DNA of 64,000 bases, taken from Eledone cirrhosa (taxonomy: Eukaryota). Both the position numbers and the translations under genes were made by a program. Positions 58,026 to 64,000 of the stretch are shown here, in pieces. The stretch is taken from contig CAXHJY010000799.1 in NCBI GenBank assembly GCA_964016885.1, positions 1 through 64,000 of the forward strand. The letters run 5' to 3'. How positions within the stretch are numbered: the stretch's first letter is position 1; each line of letters begins with the position of its first letter. The notes beneath the pieces were generated by a model. It was not told where the DNA came from, did no database searches, and saw only the letters and a list, made by a program, of their open reading frames with translations.

Positions 58026-58120
58026 CTTTCTTTTTATTTGCCACCAGGGTATCAAAGAGTGGGACAAGTACAAGGGGGGAGTTTACATAAAAAGGCGTCC
58101 TCACTAAGGAGAAGGCAATA
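57222..58120 (-). mobile_element. Three further Tx1-like 3' ends interleaved with (GATA)n/(GACA)n
   Basis: ttct(t)ttatt(t/a)gccac ends at ~57230, ~57460 and ~58027; 57640-57730 resembles 56255-56357. Confidence 0.8.
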
Positions 58121-58584
58121 ACAAAATATATAGATAGATAGGAAAGCAGATAGACAGACAGATACAGAAATAAACCCCCTGCTGTGTATTCCATAGAAAT
58201 GATCCTATTGAGATATAAAAGTTGTTAATGTTAATCTTATTCAAAGTTCATATTTGAAGCTGTCTTATCAAAGAACCTTTTTGTCCAAAACCATTTATTT
58301 TCCTATTAACTCATCAAATATGTTTTTTTGTATTCAGCAATCATGGTTTTTTTGGTTTTTTTTCATCTTCACTAAAACTTTCCTTTATGCTCGTCATTTC
58401 TGTTCATTCATTCACTCATTATACATGTATGTGCGTTTATATATATATATATATATAGGGATGTATGTATACATATATATATGTGGATGTATGTATACAT
58501 ATATATATATGTGGATGTACGTATACATATATATATATGTGAAGGTATGTATACATATATATATATATGTGGATGTATGTATAC

Positions 58585-58616
<32 letters not shown>

Positions 58617-58800
58617 GTGGATGTATGTATACATATATATATATATGTGGATGTATGTATACATATATATATGTATATATATGTATATATATATGTATAT
58701 ATATATGTGTATATATGTATATATATATGTATATATATATGTGTATATGTATATATATATGTGTATATATATGTATATATATATATGTATATATACATGA

Positions 58801-58866
<66 letters not shown>

Positions 58867-59034
58867 GTATATGTATATATATATGTATATGTATGTATAT
58901 ATATGTGTGTATGTAAATATATATATAATATATATATGTCTATATATGTATCTGTATATATATATATATATGTCTATATATATATATATGTATATATGTA
59001 TATATATTTATATATGTGTATATATATATATATA

Positions 59035-59098
<64 letters not shown>

Positions 59099-59617
59099 CC
59101 TATATATAGAGAGAGATATATATATATTATTTTTGCAAGTATATGGGAGGTGGGGGTGAGGAAATTCCATTGTGTTTGTATATCGTTGTTTCCTTTCTTC
59201 CCAAAATATATTTTGAGGCTCTATCTACATATATGATGGTCTTTCTGTGTGTGCATGTGTGTGTATATATATACACACACACATATATATACATACATAT
59301 ATATACACATATATATACACGCATATACACACACATATATACACACATATATACACACATATATATACACAGTCTGTCTTTCACACAAATACATATATAT
59401 ACTTCTAATATAAATGTGTGTGTGTGTATGTGTGTGTGGTGTGTGTGTGGCGTGTGTGTGGTGTGTGTGTGGTGTGTAGGCGGAATGATGGAAATCCTTC
59501 CATTTCTATCTTAACTCTCTTCATGCTAAACCATTTCTTAAGTGTTAGTGTTCTCTAGATGGTAAGCCATAAACACACGGATTGTGTATGTATGTCTATA
59601 ATAAATATATATATATA

Positions 59618-60106
59618 CTAGCAGTGGTACCCGGCGTTGCGCGGGATAAGGTATTTTGGAACGCGGGCCGCCAACAGACCTAATCGTGGAAAAACTGCAT
59701 GCCGGGACAATATGTAAAGAAAATAAACCGAATACTCTGATGGCTGAATAATCTTTATGATTTTCCTCGATGAAGCTGGGAAAATGCAGGTTTTCACCTA
59801 ATCCGTGCCCTAGGGGATCAAGAAAATAATTTTTTTTATGTGCATAATATGCCTTGACATTTCGGGAAAATCGGCTAGACGTAACGCCTCAAAAAAACCC
59901 TAAAAAGCTGAAAAAATGAAGTTTTTCACCTAATGCGGGACGTAGGGGATCAACAAGTTGGATTTTATGTGCATAACACTCCCTGAAATATAAGTAATAC
60001 ACATGTAAGGTTTGAAAAAAATCGGTTGGGTACTTCTCGAGTTTTAGGGATTCAAACTCACAGATATACACACACAGACAGACATCCTCAGTTTTATATA
60101 TATAGA
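59618..60106 (-). mobile_element. Non-autonomous Helitron
   Basis: CTAG end with cccg..cggg hairpin; TCTATATATATAAAACTG start as at 7168. Confidence 0.8.
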
Positions 60107-60635
60107 CTAGCAGAAAACCACCCGGGGGCGGTTTTCTGCTAGTATATATATATATATATTACACACACAGAAATGTATATATATTTCTGTGTGTGTATAT
60201 ATATATATATTACACACACAGAAATGTATATATATTTCTGTGTGTATATATATATATTTCTGTGTGTGTGTATATATATATATATTACACACACACAGAA
60301 ATGTATATATGTTTCTGTAGCACTCCTCAATTTCCCCCCTCTCTCCCTCCCGCTATCCCCCTCTCGTAGTCTGTCTCTTTCTTTCACTCTCACTCTCTCT
60401 CTGCGCGTGCGCAAAAAACATTCGCACGCGCGCACGTGCTTTAGCGTCTATTCACTCTGTCTCTCTCCCTCTCTCCCTCCCTCCCGCTATCGCCCTCTCG
60501 TAGTCTGTCTCTTTCTTTCACTCTCACTCTCTCTCTACGCGTGCGCAAAAAACATTCGCACGCGCGCACGTGTTTCCACTGCCGGACAGACAGACAGACA
60601 GACAGAGAAATTGCTGGCTATATATTATAAGGAGA
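60107..60635 (-). mobile_element. Second Helitron in tandem, interrupted; contains a ~115 bp internal duplication
   Basis: A|TC..(TGTC)n 5' end at 60635, CTAG at 60107-60110. Confidence 0.6.
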
Positions 60636-60711
60636 TTACATACTGAGCTGGTGTAGATTCCTGACTCCACAACCAGCGTCATACTTTTAAATACCCTAAC
60701 ATTATGGCAGC

Positions 60712-60883
60712 TCTTATGTGTGATAAGGAACCAGGTGGACCCTAATGCACCAGAGTACTCGATACTTAGAGTAGTATAGTGCGTAATAGGAAAAGAGTCA
60801 GGACCCCGACGGCTGAATTCCGGCCGTTTCAGATCTAGCTGTCGAAACGGCCGGAGCTCAGCCATCTGGGTTCTGACTCTTTT

Positions 60884-60887
<4 letters not shown>
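60712..60887 (-). mobile_element. Family A fold-back element
   Basis: Arms ataggaaaagagtcag / ctgactcttttcctat plus tail. Confidence 0.85.
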
Positions 60888-60927
<40 letters not shown>

Positions 60928-60990
60928 ACCCTTGTTGTACAGCAGACCATGTTATTCTTCACTCTTTCACTATATATATATATATTTTTT

Positions 60991-61121
<131 letters not shown>

Positions 61122-61162
61122 GATATTAAATAAATGGAAACTATATTTATAAAACCATATCT

Positions 61163-61226
61163 ATTTCATTATATATATTTCAGGGATATCATATTAACAA
61201 TATGTTATGCCTTCTTCAGACAAAAT
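61163..61226 (-). ncRNA. Hammerhead ribozyme (mirror copy)
   Basis: Reverse complement of 61367-61430. Confidence 0.78.
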
Positions 61227-61366
61227 ACAATATAGACAGTTTTATAAATAAATAGATTTGACATACCGTTCAACATCGACTTGTATTTGAAAAGTTGATT
61301 TGGCAAATAAAAGTCGATGTTGAACGGTATGTCAAATCTATTTATTTATAAAACTGTCTATATTGT

Positions 61367-61430
61367 ATTTTGTCTGAAGAAGGCATAACATATTGTTAAT
61401 ATGATATCCCTGAAATATATATAATGAAAT
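61367..61430 (+). ncRNA. Hammerhead ribozyme
   Basis: attttgt-CTGAAGA-(catatt/aatatg)-GAAAT-atat-ATA-atgaaat. Confidence 0.78.
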
Positions 61431-61581
61431 AAATATGGTTTTATAAATATAGTTTCCATTTATTTAATATCGTAAATATACTCCAAATACTTGTTGAGTG
61501 CTTTTATATCAGTTATAAATATTTACTAGTTGTAACCCAACAATTTAAATATAACTTTCCATATATATATATATATATATA

Positions 61582-61836
<255 letters not shown>

Positions 61837-62167
61837 AAAGGGGGCGACCAGAATAAAGACAATGGAAAAGACAAGGGAAAGACTGACAATCCTATCCCTT
61901 CAGTCAACAACTACGGTTTCGGATATTTAAGGTCGATACCATGCATTCCAGTGCACGTTGGGGCATCAAAAATGATTTAGAGACAAAAAAAGGACAAATT
62001 ATGCCTTATGTATATCATATAAAGTAGTAGTGGTAGTAGTGATGGTAGTGGTAGTAGTGATAGTGATAATATTAGTAGTAGTGGTAGTGATAGTAGTAGT
62101 GGTAGTGATAGTAGGAGTGACAGTGATAATATTAGTAGTAGTGGTAGTGATAGTAGTAGTAGTGGTA

Positions 62168-62352
62168 ATAATTGTTTCTACGTTAGGCACAGGGCCAGCA
62201 ATTAGCCAGTGTATTACTGGTACTTTATTTTATCGACCCCGAAAGGATGAAAGGCAAAGTTAACTTCGGCGGGATTTGAACTCAGAATGGCAAGGGCCGT
62301 AACTCTATGCGCCAAAGCATGGCGTCCGACCCTCTACCAATACTGCCAATCC
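62168..62352 (-). mobile_element. CORE-type SINE
   Basis: Family match. Confidence 0.85.
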
Positions 62353-62359
62353 AAATAAT

Positions 62360-64000
62360 AGTGGCAGTTATAGTTGTGGTAAGTGTAGTAGTAGTAATAG
62401 TGGTGGTGGTAGTAGTAACATTAGTGGTGGTGGTAGTAACAGTAGTAGTGGTGGTGGTTGTAGTAGTAATAGTAGTAGTGGTAGTGGTTGAAGCAGCTAT
62501 AAGGATCAAGGTGGCGGTGGATATGGTGGTGGTAGTGATAGTGATGATGGTGGTGGAGATAGGGGTAGTGATGATGGTGGTGGAGGTGGTGGTGGTGGTG
62601 GTGGTGGTGGAGGTGGTGGAGATGGTGGGGGAGGTAGGAGTGGTGATGATGGTGGTGGAGGTGGTGATGATGGTGGTGGAGGTGGTGATGATGGTGGTGG
62701 AGGTGGTGATGATGGTGGTGGAGGTGGTGGATATGGTGGTGGTAGTGATAGTGATGATGGTGGTGGAGATAGGGGTAGTGATGATGGTGGTGGAGGTGGT
62801 GGTGGTGGTGGTGGTGGAGGTGGAGATGGTGGGGGAGGTAGGAGTGGTGATGATGGTGGTGGAGGTGGTGGTGATGGTGGTGGAGGTGGTGATGATGGTG
62901 GTGGAGGTGGTGATGATGGTGGTGGAGGTGGTGGAGGTGGTGGAGGTGGTGGTGGAGATAGCGGTAGTGATGATGGTGGTGGAGATAGGGGTAGTGATGA
63001 TGGTGGTGGAGGTGGTGGAGGTGGTGGTGGAGATAGCGGTAGTGATGATGGTGGTGGAGATAGGGGTAGTGATGATGGTGGTGGAGGTGGTGGAGGTGGT
63101 GGTGGAGATAGCGGTAGTGATGATGGTGGTGGAGATAGGGGTAGTGATGATGGTGGTGGAGGTGGTGGAGGTGGTGGTGGAGATAGCGGTAGTGATGATG
63201 GTGGTGGAGATAGGGGTAGTGATGATGGTGGTGGAGGTGGTGGTGGAGATAGGGGTAGTGATGATGGTGGTGGAGGTGGTGGTGGAGATAGGGGTAGTGA
63301 TGATGGTGGTGGAGGTGGTGGTGGTGATGATGGTGGTGGAGGTGGTGATGCTGGTGGTGGAGATAGGAGTAGTGATGATGGTGGTGGAGATAGGGGTAGT
63401 GGTGATGGAGGTGGTGGTGGTGATGATGGTGGTGGAGGTGGTGGTGGAGATAGGGGTAGTGATGATGGTGGTGGAGGTGGTGATGATGGTGGTGGAGGTG
63501 GTGGTGGAGATAGGGGTAGTGATGATGGTGGTGGAGATAGGAGTGGTGGTGATGGTGGTGGAGGTGGTGATGATGGTGGTGGAGGTGGTGAGTGAAAAAC
63601 CAATCAAAATGTTTTAATGAAATCAGTGAAATGTCACCATGGCGTATCAAGTTGATACAAACAATCTAAATTTATTGGCGGATTTTAATACCATCATCAT
63701 CATCACTGTCACAACTATCAACATCATCAACAACATCATCATCATGACGACCACTACCATCCTCATCAATATTACCACTATCATCATCATCGTCACCACC
63801 ACCATCTCCACCACCATCATCATCATCATCACCACCACAACCATCATCATCATCATCGTCATCACCACTACCATCATCTGTCTAATTAATCATCTCCAGT
63901 TTAACATTACCACCACTACCACTATCACCGACACCATTCAATACTACCACCACCGCCATTACAACCACCGCCACCACCACCACACTCACTACAACCACCG
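62360..64000. repeat. (GGT/GAT)-derived minisatellite to 63590 and (CAT/CAC)n from 63690
   Basis: Direct inspection. Confidence 0.95.

Overview
Very AT-rich, microsatellite-saturated animal genomic DNA, most likely an octopus or other cephalopod. This is inferred from the abundant tRNA/CORE-type SINE and the (TA)n/(CA)n/(GATA)n load. Nearly all ORFs in the supplied track are microsatellite translations. Real coding signal is limited to retroelement remnants (Penelope-like GIY-YIG, Tx1-like zf-RVT, Vingi-like, RTE) and a probable two-exon 3' end of an Asn-rich host gene at 2-2231. The main observation is a dense population of short Penelope-like (PLE) elements from many families, sitting in (TA)n tracts. 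By eye they carry about 15 well-formed and several decayed type I hammerhead ribozymes (HHR). Many are built as fold-back palindromes, some with two head-to-head ribozymes. One is a retrozyme-like direct repeat with HHRs 487 nt apart, and several families share a 3' hairpin. Also present are a ~610 bp non-autonomous RTE derivative that keeps a 35-aa C2H2 micro-ORF in all three copies, GATA-associated Tx1-like LINE ends, non-autonomous Helitrons and several minisatellites. All folds and alignments were done by eye; no searches were run.
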